From positions 3,782,001-3,846,000 of the forward strand of contig CM119386.1 in NCBI GenBank assembly GCA_051294905.1: 64,000 nucleotides of DNA, read 5' to 3'. Every line of letters starts with the position of its first letter. The stretch's first letter is position 1. Below, piece after piece: positions 1-18,700 of the stretch. The notes beneath the pieces were generated by a model. It ran no database searches and was not told where the DNA came from. It saw nothing but the letters and a program-made list of their open reading frames with translations. This DNA comes from Botryllus schlosseri. Taxonomy: Eukaryota. Position numbers and translations under genes: made by a program.

Positions 1-639
1 CATGATATTCTCTAAAACGGGGTGTTCAAGTAAACATAGAATTAGTATCGCATTTCCATATCAGTGCTATCATTTACATCCCATGATGTGGACGACTGCT
101 TATACTGTCAAAAATTGTCACCTCCTGGGATGCATCAATATGAATCAAGCTCTCTACACCTTCCGCATAGCTCCATTTGCAGATTTTGACAGTTCATGCG
201 AACAAATTACGATCGTTTTCACAACTACTTACTTACTGGAGTAGATTTAAAGTCAGTCAATACTACTTCTACTTCAAGTAGTTTTAAGTTGCTTATGAAA
301 GAAGTACTTCTACTCGTACTTGAGTAGATTTTTTCGTCGCTTCTTTTACTTCTACTTGAGTAGCTTTTTTGACTACTTTGACCACCTCTGGTGTTAACCC
401 CGTATCCGACACCACTTCTCCGAGTTACTCTTCGACCAAACTACGCGCCTTATACTACGGGGGAGAGCGCCATACCATGATATTTTCTAAATCGGGATGT
501 TCGAGTAAAAGAGGATTAGTATCACATTCCCATATCAATCCTATCATTTTCATCCCATGATGCGGACGAATGCTTATGCTCTCGAAAACTTATACCTCCT
601 GGGATGCATCAATATGAATGAAGCTCTGCACCTTCCGCA

Positions 640-996
640 GATTAGTGCGGAGCATGGACCGGAGCAGGATTGGATATCCGGCCGGATTTTTCAATTTTGG
701 CCGAAGCCGGATCGGAGCCGGATCACTACTGTTTTGATACGGCCAGAATCTTCATGGATAAGCATGAATTTTGTAACTAAATAACTACCAACCACCCACA
801 CGCAAGTAACCGCCAAGCCAGTGCGAATATAAACGAGCCGTATTTATAAATTAACGCAACCCTCGTACCGTGTAGGGCCGGATTTTTGACCGGATTTTTT
901 CATTTCTGGCCGGATCCGGATCGGATCCGGACCAGAGAATTGAACAACCGAATCGGAGTCGGACCAGAGAATTTGTCGATCCGCTCCGCACTAATC
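640..996. mobile_element. MITE with CCGGAT-rich subterminal repeats
   Basis: 14-bp inverted ends GATTAGTGCGGAGC / GCTCCGCACTAATC; absent from the paralogous copy near base 165. TSD not resolved. Confidence 0.65.
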
Positions 997-1036
997 ACAT
1001 ATAAAGCTCAATTTGCAGCTTTTATTTGAGCGTCTT

Positions 1037-1662
1037 CAGTGTTGGGATCAAGTCACTACCTTCGAGTCACGAGTCATCTCGAGTCATTGCAGATTTTGAC
1101 TCGAGTCAAGTCAAGTCAATCGATTTTCAAAGGTGACTCGAGTCAAGTCAAGTCACTCGTTTTTTGGAGGTGACTCGAGTCAAGTCGAGTCAAGTCAAGT
1201 CGAGTCACGAGTCAAGTCACAATTCAAGTCAAATTGAATTTTTGAAGTACGAGTGGTGATTCAAAGTCATTACATTTTGCTAGCTGCGTGAGAGACAGAT
1301 TAAGGGATCATTTATCTTGAATCAAATAACGAATATCTAGTTAAATATACATACAAAAGACGCTGTATCCCTCATGCACACGTAGAACTGCTACAACTGT
1401 ACAGCTACATGATACAGTCAGTTATCATCCAAAATATAGGACCTAATGCGAAGCTTCGAGAAGTTGAAACAAATTGATATGGCAGAAGAGCCTACACTAC
1501 CCGTCTACACATCCGTGATAATATAAACGCACAAACTATTTGTTCGATTTAAATCATACAAGCGGGCCGGTAAATATGAGCACTGCGCAGCATAAGCGTC
1601 ATACGAAAAACTGACTCGAGTCTGACTCGAGTCAAGTCATGACTCGAGTCATCCCAACACTG
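1037..1662. mobile_element. hAT-type MITE (CAGTGTTGGGA TIR, GACTCGAGTC repeats)
   Basis: TIRs CAGTGTTGGGA / TCCCAACACTG; flanks (A)GCGTCTT / GCGTCTAT look like a degenerate 8-bp TSD. A truncated left end recurs at 21603-21700. Confidence 0.75.
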
Positions 1663-2394
1663 GCGTCTATGCGAACAAATTACGATCGTTTTCACAACTA
1701 CTTACTTACTTGAGTAGATTTAAAGTCAGTCAATTCTACTTCTACTTCAAGTAGTTTTAGGCTGTTTTTAAAATGACTACTTCTACTCGTACTTGAGTAG
1801 ATTTTTGCGTCACTGCTTCTACTTCTAGTTGAGTAGCTTTCTTTGCTACTTTGACCACCTCTGGTTAGGTTGTGCTCATGTTGATGCATAAAAATCCTAG
1901 GTAGCACGACTACTTGAGTACCACAAGGTATCAAGAAGGGATGAAATGTGGTAACCAAGTGAGGAAACCAACCGCGTCCCGTACCTTTTGTGCCCCATAT
2001 TGCAGAGGTAGCCCAGTTAAAGACCCGACGAAAGAAAGCACTCACAAGGAATGGAAAGAACTAGTAGAAAGGGCCACGGCTTGAACAAGATCAACATCGA
2101 AAAGAACTACGACATTGGGCACCCTAGGCCGAGGTGGATGTTAGATTAAACGCAACTGCATGCGTGTCGTTCGACATCTTCCTATCTGGTCATTACATCG
2201 CATTGTGTCCTATCGCATTGTACATTGTGTGTGACTTGTTCAGAAATATATAACCCAGCGAATATTATTATTATCATTTGGGAATCAAATTACCAAACAA
2301 AAGGTCAGCCCCTTTTCGAGACCCCCAGAAAAACGACAAACGACCACAGTAAAATCGGCCTGGTAAAAATTATGACCATAGTCGTCGACAAACA

Positions 2395-3345
2395 CCATGA
2401 ATACAAGAAAACGCATTGCTATATCAAGTATGCCGGACCCCAATTGTGGAACAGCATCTCACCGGCTATCCGACAGTCGTCGAGCATGTCCGGTGTCTGC
2501 ATTCAAGTCGAAATACAAGCAATTTCTTCTAAATGAATACTATAGTCAGTCTTCAGGATTACCGGACCACGACCAAACATCGACCTCGCCCTCCGCCACA
2601 TGCCACCTCATTTTGTCGCTTGCGTCTTATATTCTCTGCATTACTTTTCATTCAGTGTGCATGCCTCTTCTTTACTATGGGCTGGGCAAAATCGAGTACC
2701 TGAGTGATTCGATTCTGAATCACGCATTATGCTTCGAGTCGAGTCGAGTTTTCGAGTATCACTCATTATGACGTAATAACAGTATGTAGGATGTCCATGC
2801 TCAAATTTGCACCTTTTATGCGTCGACAGCGAATATAACGCCTGTCATCCATCACAATAGAGATTATTTGGAATGTTTTCGACTATACCAGTGTCATTGC
2901 ACTTTGTGACATGTTGTGGGTTGATCATGACTTCAGAAATATGTTCTTTCCAATATCGTTAGTAGCTTTGTACTATGTGTTTCGTATGCTGCGATACGGC
3001 CAATCAAGGTTTGCAGCCTTCCGAAGTGGAAACTAGTATCGAAACTATAATTCTCGTCGATAAATCAACTTTCCGTGGTGTGAATCGTAAATCGTCACTA
3101 CTCGAAAATATCGCGTTATAATACTCGACTCGAATCATTAGAATTATTACTCGATTCAGATTCGAGTACTCGAATCATTGTGCCCAGCCCTATTCTTTAC
3201 TTCGCCTAGGCTAAGGTGTGTGTCTGATCTTAATGGCTACTTCAAGTTGTCTCGACACCTTCCTATCTTTTCATTGTATCGCAGTCTTGTGATGTTTTTA
3301 AGCGATGATAATATTAATAAACCTGATTGATTTATGCCTGATTGA
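2395..3345 (+). mobile_element. 3' end of a CR1/L2-group LINE (ORF2 C-terminus and 3' UTR), split by a hAT MITE
   Basis: Encodes ...CYIKYAGPQLWNSISPAIRQ... and matches 50240-50680. Resumes after 3192 and ends AATAAACC(TGAT)n. Confidence 0.75.
2676..3192. mobile_element. hAT MITE (TAGGGCTGGGCA TIR)
   Basis: Perfect 8-bp TSD TTCTTTAC at 2668-2675 and 3193-3200. Ends TA(T)GGGCTGGGCA / TGCCCAGCCCTA. Confidence 0.88.
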
Positions 3346-3564
3346 TTGATTTATAACCACAGACAAAAAAGACAGTAGATAATCGTGACGATGGATGGTG
3401 ATTATTATTTCTGCCGATTCCGCACACAACGTGATTTTCTGTACCGCGTTCAGTCTGCTGGAGTCGTCGTTGCACATTTTCAGCGCAATCGCTAAAGTAT
3501 ATTATTGCCATCATTACATGGATGACACATGATGACGGCAAAGTATACACTGACTTTCTCACAT

Positions 3565-3750
3565 AGCACTTTTCATTCAGTGTGCATGCCTCTTATTTAC
3601 TTCACCTAGGCTAAGGTGGGTGGCTGATCTTAATGGCTACTCCAAGTTGTTTCGACACCTTCCTATCTTTTCATTGTATCGCAGTCTTGTGATGTTTTGA
3701 AACGATGAAAATATTAATAAACCTGACTGACTGACTGATGACTGACTGAT
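3565..3750 (+). mobile_element. LINE 3' UTR fragment
   Basis: Close copy of the 3' UTR at 2645-2675/3193-3345, ending AATAAACC(TGAC)n. Confidence 0.7.
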
Positions 3751-6700
3751 AGCAAATTTATATTCGCAGCAACAGTACACCAGTACTATCTAAGAGTGAT
3801 TTCAATAGGATGCGGATGCGGATGCGGACTGGTTGTGGACTTGTGGTTACTGAATACTGACTTGCTGGCCCGATATAATAGATGACTAACCTAGTAAACC
3901 TACGGTTAGGGTTGTAGAATGGTACTACATTCGCATTCTACCCTTCAACCGTCACCACATCCATGTTCTTTCTCTTTTGATATCATCTTACTTCAATGGG
4001 CACTTGGGCAGAGCTGCGAGCCACACTCGTATCCTCGGCAGTCTGCATCAGTGATCTGGCGACTGCCGACTCCGATATATAATATCCTCGGCCCTTGCCA
4101 GACTGAGCGTAATGACCCGCATAGGCACCAATGCTAACAACATGTTCAAACCGTATTTGCAGTATTGATACTAGTGATAATGGATAAGTTAAGAAGCGTT
4201 CTAAATGGGAATGATGATGGCGGTGAAGATGGACTAGTCACTTCGGTGAGTTGAACGACTTGATGAATACCAATATATACAACAGCGAACAGCCCAATTT
4301 TTATACGATTAAGCCCAAGGCTGAAGGTAACGGATGTCGTTCTGGTTGAATGTGATGCTTGCTACTTACAACCGGTGGGTGTCTACTGCGAATTCATTTC
4401 ATATTGAAGCATATAACTATATATACTGCGCTGGTAGTGCCGTTTCTGGCTGTATCACAAGGAGGATAAACTGTATTTTGTTAACTTGTTAGGATTTTAT
4501 AAATAGAAGGGGATCAACGAATTTTTTCTGCCTGTAAATGTTCTGTATACTTGTATAGGACACTGTTTCCTTGAACGTATGGAAGAGCAAGGATATATAA
4601 ATATAATATCTACGTTCAAGTTTGGATCGTGTTGTGAGTTTGGTTTATGGCAAAGCCACTTGAAATGAGATACCTTTTCCGCAATCAATTGCACATGGCG
4701 AGGATGAAAACCTCTACTGTGAAAACATATGTCATAAGAGACGATGTAAAATCGAGAACCCGCAATTCGTGCATTTTGTCAGGGATGGGGGCGGCATTTT
4801 TTTTCGTTGTGTGCGAACACTTACATTTGCCTGCACACGGTAATATTTGGTGGGCCTATGGCTTTAGTAGCCTGCTATACGCATACCTTATTAGGCAGTG
4901 ATCCAAATGTACACTGATCCACTGTTCCTATATGACCCTCATTAAATGCGTGTCACCATCAATTGGGTTAGGCCGTTATTCATTATGGCCTTATGGGTAT
5001 GTCGACTTCGGTCGGGTCTCTGCACCACTGTGGCTAGCTGAACATGGGGCGCATGGCTCGATACATGTGTGTAATATCAGTCGAGGAAGTTCCGGATTTT
5101 GAAGCCAGTTGCAGAAACCACAATCCATGATTTGTTATTATTATTAGCTTACTAGGCCTATAAATTTCGTATTTGGACCTGCGTAAGATAATGCCTGGCC
5201 TATTCGCATTCACTGAACTTTGAATCCTAAATCCGCTAATATTTTAAAACCTGAATCTTCAACAAAATCTTTTCAATTCAGAAAGTTCAGATATGGCGTG
5301 CTTATTATATTAGTCCGTCATACACTCTATAATTTACTGGATACCTAGCAGTTGCTGCATCCTGATTACGCATCATTTTTTATTTTATAATTTTATTAGT
5401 GCATTTACCGCTTTGGAGCCGAATTAGGCTATTTTCATTTTGATTCTACCGATTGGTTTAAATAATAAAAAATCTATTCATGATTACTGCTGCAGTATTA
5501 TTCGAATCTATTGAAATCTATATGTTATGACAAGAGTGGAATCATGTATTATTGTTGATTTAATGCACTGAATAAACTGTGACGGTGCAGCACTGCTTTT
5601 ATTGTAATAACCAGTTTTCTTTGCATTGATGCCATGTAAATGATGATAATTTGAAGTCCACCACATGTCATCCTTTTATATTAAAAAAGGTTGTGCCATT
5701 ATTGGGTTAAGACTAGTTTGCGGTAATGTGCTGACTAATGCAAAATATTCTCAATGAACTTATTGCCTCACACACTGTATGCCACAACACCAGTTGCATG
5801 GCAGTAATATACATTTATCACACATCCATCACCCATCACCATCAGTGCTGTGCTGTACCTGCCTGCTTACCAATGGCTTGTTTCTTCGTATACTTTAGCG
5901 ATGTAACCAAACCGTGCCACTATAATATGAAATTTTTTTTCTCGCAAAAGTTTTGGTTTCCGCGATAATTCCACTTACCAATCATTCTTCAAGTCATGCC
6001 ATAATGGCAGTTCTAAGAAACTACAACCCACAATCCTTTGTGAAGAGACTTGTTGTAAGTCTACAAGGTTCAAAAAAGGAAGTGATCTCCTCTAACGTGT
6101 GTGAGCAGTATCACCACCAATGTGAAATAGTATCTCAGCTTTAACTGATCAACGCGTATTGGTAGGGATTCGGTTTTGAATTGCTTGATGTGGCTGGATG
6201 TTGGTTAATTCATATATCTTATTGACATTACCATTAATAAAGTTGTATTTACAGCTGAATCACTTGAGTATGGATTTGTTGGGGCTGACCATCTGTATTG
6301 GATTTGTAATTTTCAATTATTCAATTCAGGATATCGTAAGTTTACTATTCAGGTATTGCCTCTGCTTCCCAGTATTAGTGTGGGCTGAATGAGCACTTCT
6401 ATTATATGGTGCAACAAAATGTTTATGGTAATACAGGAAGTTGATCATATCATCCAATGTTGAGCAGTTTATCAAAGATTTATAGTATAAACTTATTGAA
6501 TAATTTGCCTTACATAGAGATAAATTTCATAGTTTTTTGTTCAACTTCAACTATTCAGAGGTAGATTTTCAATTGACCTATATGGCAGGAACTGGTGTCT
6601 TTAATTTACTCCATGCCTATATAATATCATATCGTGATTTCATAACTGCATTTTGTTAAGCAACTTATTAGATATGGCATGTACAAATATACCAATTATG

Positions 6701-7379
6701 GTGACATCCTCAGTAACGTTTACTTAGTCATCATCACTTCCTAAGTCTTTTGTTAGTTAGCTTTGGTTTGTACCAAATTCACCATAAGGTTGCCAACCAG
6801 CGCTTGGGCAGGATGATTTCAATTGATGCAGTGTTTGAATTGAGATATGGCTAGTGGGTGCCGTTGTTGTATTGTAAGTTTTGCTGATGTGGTCCTTGCT
6901 TAAATTTGTGCTTCAGTATTGTTGTTGTTAGATATGCCTATCATTCCGTAGAGTAATCCTTGTTTCATTGAAGTGCTATCATGCAATTAGCATTCTTGAA
7001 AATCTTTTAGTAAAGCTCAACTTGAGATTTCTGTGGTTGTAATGAACAATTGCTGTTTTGTTGGGTAGACCTAAATTGGTGTTGTGAAGATGTATATTGT
7101 AGCCTACATTAACCTTCATGCACTGGCATATGCCAATAGCACTGTTAACTGTCAAACCCTTCCATTTTTGTGACAAGCAAACGGGCTTATTCTGCAAATG
7201 AATCTAGTGTGCCTCGTGTGTAAATAAGTTTCAAAGAGAACGAGTGTAGTAGCAGATATTCATTTGTTTCCCACCGCCGCTTTCCAAGCAATTCTACTTG
7301 ACTATAATGCTTCTGACCATGCTTTGTTCACCTCTGCGTGTTGTAGTACCTAACTAGGATCTAAATTTGAATATTGATA

Positions 7380-12976
<5,597 letters not shown>

Positions 12977-13114
12977 TGCGATAATTCCCGGACTATATTG
13001 TCGGAATTCTGCCTTAATGCAGTGCCTCTCGGATTTCAATGATTGATATTACGCGCCTATCTCTTACATATTAGCCTTATAGGCGATAGATTTTCTGTTC
13101 CTTACTCATCACTG

Positions 13115-13120
13115 AATAAA
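13115..13120 (+). terminator. Candidate polyadenylation signal of SFT2D
   Basis: AATAAA about 140 nt after the stop codon. Confidence 0.4.
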
Positions 13121-14194
13121 ATGAACTTTGCAAGTTGCGCGGATGCAGCCAGAGGATCATATATCTTCCATCTTAACGGAACCAAGGTCGTTGGAGTGTA
13201 TGGGTGGAGTGATTTTGCGATTGCAGACAACTGTTTGCAGCTGTACGTAGTATAGACCTGTGGTTCTCGACCGCTGGTGTCAGGCCGTGGCATGTTTCCG
13301 CTAGTCTACCGAAGATATCAGAATTTTGTATCTCAATTTCAAAATGCAAGAAGTTGGAACGATTATCCATTAATTAGATGAGAGAAATGAAACATCAAAT
13401 TTTAAGTTGATTTAGTTGTTTGAAACGCATTTTCTGCATCGTGCTGTGCTAGAGAGTTCATCACAATGGTGCAAGTGTTGTACGAAACAGAAAGCGAAAT
13501 TACGTTAAATTCCGACAGTCCAATCAAGTGACGCGAGCTTGGCCTTCCAGAACATTCAAATCTTCGAACGGAAACAGGTATAAATATCTCGATCAAGAAC
13601 GTATCATCGAATGAAGTTTCAAATATTGCATTGAAATCCATACATTTTGTGAATAATTTTGATTTTTTAAGGTTCACTGGTCCGCTATATTTGTTTTGAA
13701 GTTTTACCGGTCCTCGAGGTCAAATGGCTGAGAACCACTGCGATAGTAGGGTTACCATACGTTTTCTTATTAAATGTTTTGTTGAATGTACGTGAAAGTT
13801 GGACAGAGATATAGTAAACCAGCGCTCCAGTGACGGTCCGGCGGGCTTTTCGGGACTTGAGCCAGGAATTTTTATTTTGTCAACCAACGAGAAACTGATA
13901 GAAATTCTATATTTCATTCGGGAGTTGAGCCGCAAGGTTGACCTTTTTTTTGCTAACCAACCACCAGCATTCTAGGTCTCGGGAATTTTCAAAAAGTATC
14001 CTCTTCAGATTTCCAAAGTATGGTAACGATATGCTATAGGCCAAATAATATATAGGACTTCATGTATCGCTTTGTTGGAGAGCCGCTATATGTGTCTTGG
14101 ACAAGGAAGCACCACAAAGTCTGTTGATTGTTTTTCATATCATTACGTGTAAGAACATTATAAGCTTCAATTAGCCTCATTTCAAAACCTAGCT

Positions 14195-14895
14195 CAGGGC
14201 CGGTCAACCCGTGGCCCGCGAGACAGTTTTGAGTGGCCCGCGAGGTAATTTCCGAAATTAGTAATATTATCAAAAATGGATTGCACAGATTGTGAACTTG
14301 CAAGGCCAACCAAAAATTTGATTAGTCTGGCCGCAACTCTTGAGATTTGATTGGATAAGATATCAGTTCCGACGCATTAGCAGATCCATGAGCCATTTTG
14401 GTAGATCTTCGTACACTACAATAAAGCAGAATACTTTTCGATAGATTTAGCATAAGTAAAAATCTAATACACGCTTCGCGCAACATGTTGTCACTCGATT
14501 TTTTGCTTTTAATATTGTTATCTCTTTGTGAAAATGAAAGAACGCCTAATGTATCGGATGGAGTGTAACTATATTCGCGATTACGAGACAAAGTGTCATT
14601 CAACATTTGCCACCTTGCGTTTGCGCTTGAAGAAAGACCGTCGACTATGAAACCTAGGCCCAAAATGATTGACGCATGTTGGTCAAATCTTCCGATATCG
14701 ATATGTCCAGGCGCCGAATAGTTCATTCCTTGCAAACTGAGCCCAGCGATATACAGCAGGCCCGCAATATAGTCAGGTGACAATATTATTGACCTACGAA
14801 CTTCGAAAAATTTTCGCGCTTCGCGCGGCTGGTGGCCCGCGCAATAGTTCGTCAATCAAATGTGGCCCTTTGGCTAAAAAGGTTGGCCGCCCCTG
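14195..14895. mobile_element. Non-autonomous hAT element (Buster/Charlie type)
   Basis: TIRs CAGGGCCGGTCAACC / GGTTGGCCGCCCCTG, subterminal TGGCCCGCG repeats, and a perfect 8-bp TSD ACCTAGCT with central TA (14187-14194, 14896-14903). Confidence 0.9.
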
Positions 14896-15714
14896 ACCTA
14901 GCTCATTCTGCACTTCAAACAATTTGATTCCATGCATGCAAATATACGTTAACTAAACCAGTCAATCACTTCCAAAGTTGACATATCCGCAATAACAAAT
15001 ATTAAAATGAGAGATTTGAAAGTCGAAGCGGAGGAAGGTTTCATATGAACAGCAGTTGAACATGGGTAAGTCGACCCCCAAGGAACATACGAACACGGTT
15101 TTCGTTCGGGGCGCCCGCACACACGGTGACTTAAGGGGGATCGAGTTAATATTCCCGAGTCTCGGCGCGCAGTGCGGCCGAATTTGATAACGAGTGAATC
15201 CCAAGTATACGATTTTTTTTGTGCACCCTACCGCGCATCCCCAACACTGTTGTACGTCCCTCTTACCATCATTTCACCATGAAGTACTCTTCCAATCTCT
15301 TCCTTCCTAGCGAACATACTCCAAGATGTATACAAAAAACGCGACTCTTCCCTCACGTATGGTCTGGTCATATTAAATCTCTTTCGCAACAACTTTGACG
15401 ATTTGTGAATAGTATGAGAAGCGAAATCCGCAGATCTGTCTTTCATGCTGTCACAACATGCCACTGGAATCGATAAACATTCATTGCACCAAATTCCACT
15501 TCTTGCAGCCAGAAACCCATTCCCAAACTGACAAAAATAGCACACAGCACAGTAATTTTGGTTGTTACGATTTATAACTGCCACAAGTTCTGGTAGACTA
15601 AAAGAATCGGATAAAGAAATGTGACATAGAATGAAAAGGAAAGTATTATTGCTCGGAAAGGAAGATAATTCTGATTCGGATCGACGGGCACAACGTATCA
15701 TTGGAAAGATAATG

Positions 15715-18700
15715 TCAAATTCTCTCGTCGATAGTCTTGATAAACTCTGTAGCGGCCGTGAACTGCATCCACCAATACGAATCTTCACCGGTCAGCGTGT
15801 CGCCGAGGAAACTCTGCACATACTGAACGGTGGACAGCAGATGGCTTGGATTGGCCTGGAGAAACGAAGGCGGTCAGTTTCAGATATGCAATGTTGATCA
15901 GTCTGATCTTATCATTTAAAGGCATCACGTTTGGAACACTAGCAATCAAACATGCATTTCAACTACCTCAGGCGTCAGCTGGTGTGCTTTACACTGTTGG
16001 GAATAGTTGTAACTAGTATTGTTGTGCACATCACGTGAAACACCAAAAATTTTGACATGCTTATGGGAAACATTAAATGGTGATGGTTATGGTAAACACC
16101 AGAGCAGCAGAGATGAGCATGGATTAGGATTAGGTTTTGAAAAAACAGGATTTGTGAAATTTTGTCGGATTTGGATTGGATTTGGATTAGACATTTTTTT
16201 CGGAACGGATTAGGATTTGGATTGGATTTATCTATTTTCTGGGAGATTGAAATGTCGTGTGGCGAATGGCGACAAACTTTATTCAGATCAGTTATTAATG
16301 TACTTATGGTTACTAAGTTATCTAGAATCAAGTGAATCGTTAGTTGTGAAAGAAAATTTTCGAATCCCTCCATTGCATAAATTAGTATTTTTTCTGAATT
16401 TCCAGTTGGAATCGGATTAGGATTGGACATGGACTTGAATATGAAAAAGTTATGGATTTGGATTTGGATTTGAAGGTTCGGATTTGGATTGGATTAGGAC
16501 ATAGAAATTTCAAATCCGCTCATCTCTGCAGAGCAGTGCTCCTCAACCGGATCCCATTGTGCACATAATATGCTTGGGGCGCATCAATGCGAAAAGGTAA
16601 ACTAGCAAGCATCACTAAATCAGGGAGGGGTTCTTAAAAACTGAGGTTAGTGGATGCCTTTCTGGTATGAGTACATCTGATACATACATATTCATACTCA
16701 CAGTTCATACCACAAGTAAAAAGGTTGCACGAGCTCATCACAACAACTTCAAGGGTACACGAAACGAAAAAAGGTCGAAGAGCACCGCACTAGGCCGTCC
16801 CTTCTTGACACCCTGCTCAAATATTTACGGAATCCGTACCTTGATAAGAACAAACACCAAGACCGGGGTGAAATCGTCTGCCCCGGGCACGTTGCCCTCG
16901 TCCGCCAGCTTCAGTAGGTTCATGATGGTGTGGCAACACCGCAGTACGGCTGCCAGCTTGTCCCGCGGAGTCTTGTAGGCGTTCAGCGACCTGGCCTCGG
17001 CTTGGGCCGACGACCACGGGCACTCGTTCAGGTAGCTATCCGAAATGAGGAGGGCCGGATGCTGCGGCGTGACCACCTCCTGCAGTCGTCTGATATGGTC
17101 GTTGAATAATCTGGAAAAAGACTCGTTCTTTTTTCCTGCAAATCGACTCGGCATTGTAGACACTCGAGGTGATCAGAAACAGAGTATAGTAGAGTAGACA
17201 GATTTTCCTACATGCTTGGTGCATGCTACTTATGTTTAAGACTACTTCCAATTCTACTCGAACAGGTTTTAGGCAAAACTATGTACTTTTAAAGATTTGA
17301 AATTTGAAAAATAAAAACTAGGCTACATTCAAGATAAGTTTGATATTACAGTGGGATTCGAGTCAAATTTTCCACCGTAAATTACTTGCAAGTGGTCATT
17401 GGGAGCGATTTAGCCAGAACCCGGCTTTGCGACGACAGAAAATGTCGCTAAATACAGTGTCTGGTTTGTCGCGTTTACCGACAAAAAGGTTGAGAACAGA
17501 AAAATATTCGATGACAATCGCACAAGCGTAAGAAGGCGGCCTGTTGAAATGCGTTTCAAGAAAGCCCGCAGAATTACAAATAGCGTTTCTCAAAATGTGT
17601 GCAAAGAGAACACGACTACTCACTGGTCTCTCATGATGTCGCCGTCGGCGTTCGGGAATATGGCAAGTTTATAGATATACAGAAATATGCTCCTTTCCAC
17701 GGACCGTTCTGCCAGCGCTAAGTGGTCCTCGCCGGCACCTGAATAGACGCGGAAATGTACAACAAGAATCGCAGCATCAACAATAGCAACAACAAAAATG
17801 GCGTTCAACGATGCACAGCATTCAAATATTTTTGAATCGCAACTCAGTAACATACAAAGCCAACAAAATCACTCAATAACTCCACAGTTTGACCACGCCA
17901 TCCACTCACATTCCCAGTACGGGTCTTTGGCCAGCTGACCGTTGAGAAAGCGCAAAAAATTCTGAACTAGAGACACTTTCTCGTCGGCTGCGGTTGCCTG
18001 CGAAAACTGATGCCGAAATCCGGACAGCTGCTTCTCCATCCGCTTCAAGAACAGCTTCACGAATATGGAACTTAGGTAATCGCTGAAAAAAAAAAACGAA
18101 ACTTGAGTAAAGTATACATTCAATAGAGATTAAAGTAGTTCCTGCCTCAAGAATATAGCGACAGAGTTTCTTACAACTCAAGTCCTGACTTGACTCGAGT
18201 CAAATCGCACCTGCTGATAACAAATAACGGAACATCCAGAAGGAATCACAATTCCCAGGGAATATTTCAATCGCAAGTGTAGTGCTTATCGCAAATGCGA
18301 ATCGATCCCCTTACCGGCAAGTGTCTTGGTCGCGCTGCGTGCACTTGAAGGAATGTTGCAAGCCGGAAAGGGCGCTCAGCAGAGTTTGCTTTGTTCGCAC
18401 GAGATAGGTAACATATGCGGAGCGTCGTTTGTGATCGTTCCACAGGTTCTAGAGAGACGAGTGATGAAACAGGGTAGCAATGAAATAACTATAGGCAAAA
18501 AACTAGAAATATGCCCGTAACATGAGAGTGAACGATTTAACAACAAATGTATGTACCTTTACAAAAATCCAAATTTTAGAATATAAATAGACGGACATTT
18601 GAGATCGTCATTTCATTATCATTATTGTGTGACTGACGACAGACATACAGACATTCAACACAATTAGTAATGCCTGGAGATAAAACTATTTTCACTAGAT

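Larger units (their letters stand above)
1..1863. repeat. Tandem duplication of a ~476-bp composite transposon-derived unit; the second copy is interrupted by two MITEs
   Basis: Bases 1-390 align with 477-639 + 997-1036 + 1663-1863. Both copies end in AGTAGA-rich sequence and ...GACCACCTCTG, the reverse complement of a hAT-like CAGAGGTGGTC end also seen at 20211. TTAA|CCCCGTATCCGAC at 394-410 resembles the piggyBac-type element at 40401. Confidence 0.7.

Noticed and set aside
5500-7200. Decayed LINE or a coding region upstream of the SFT2D ATG exon
   Set aside because: Only faint, stop-riddled resemblance; it is best explained as a 5' UTR intron (candidate donor at 5183, acceptor at 7346 or 7357).
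14322-15788. 177-aa and 186-aa minus-strand ORFs as a transposase or a new gene
   Set aside because: No recognisable motifs. The first lies inside a non-autonomous hAT element; the second overlaps the last GAPVD1 exon in another frame and runs into its 3' UTR.
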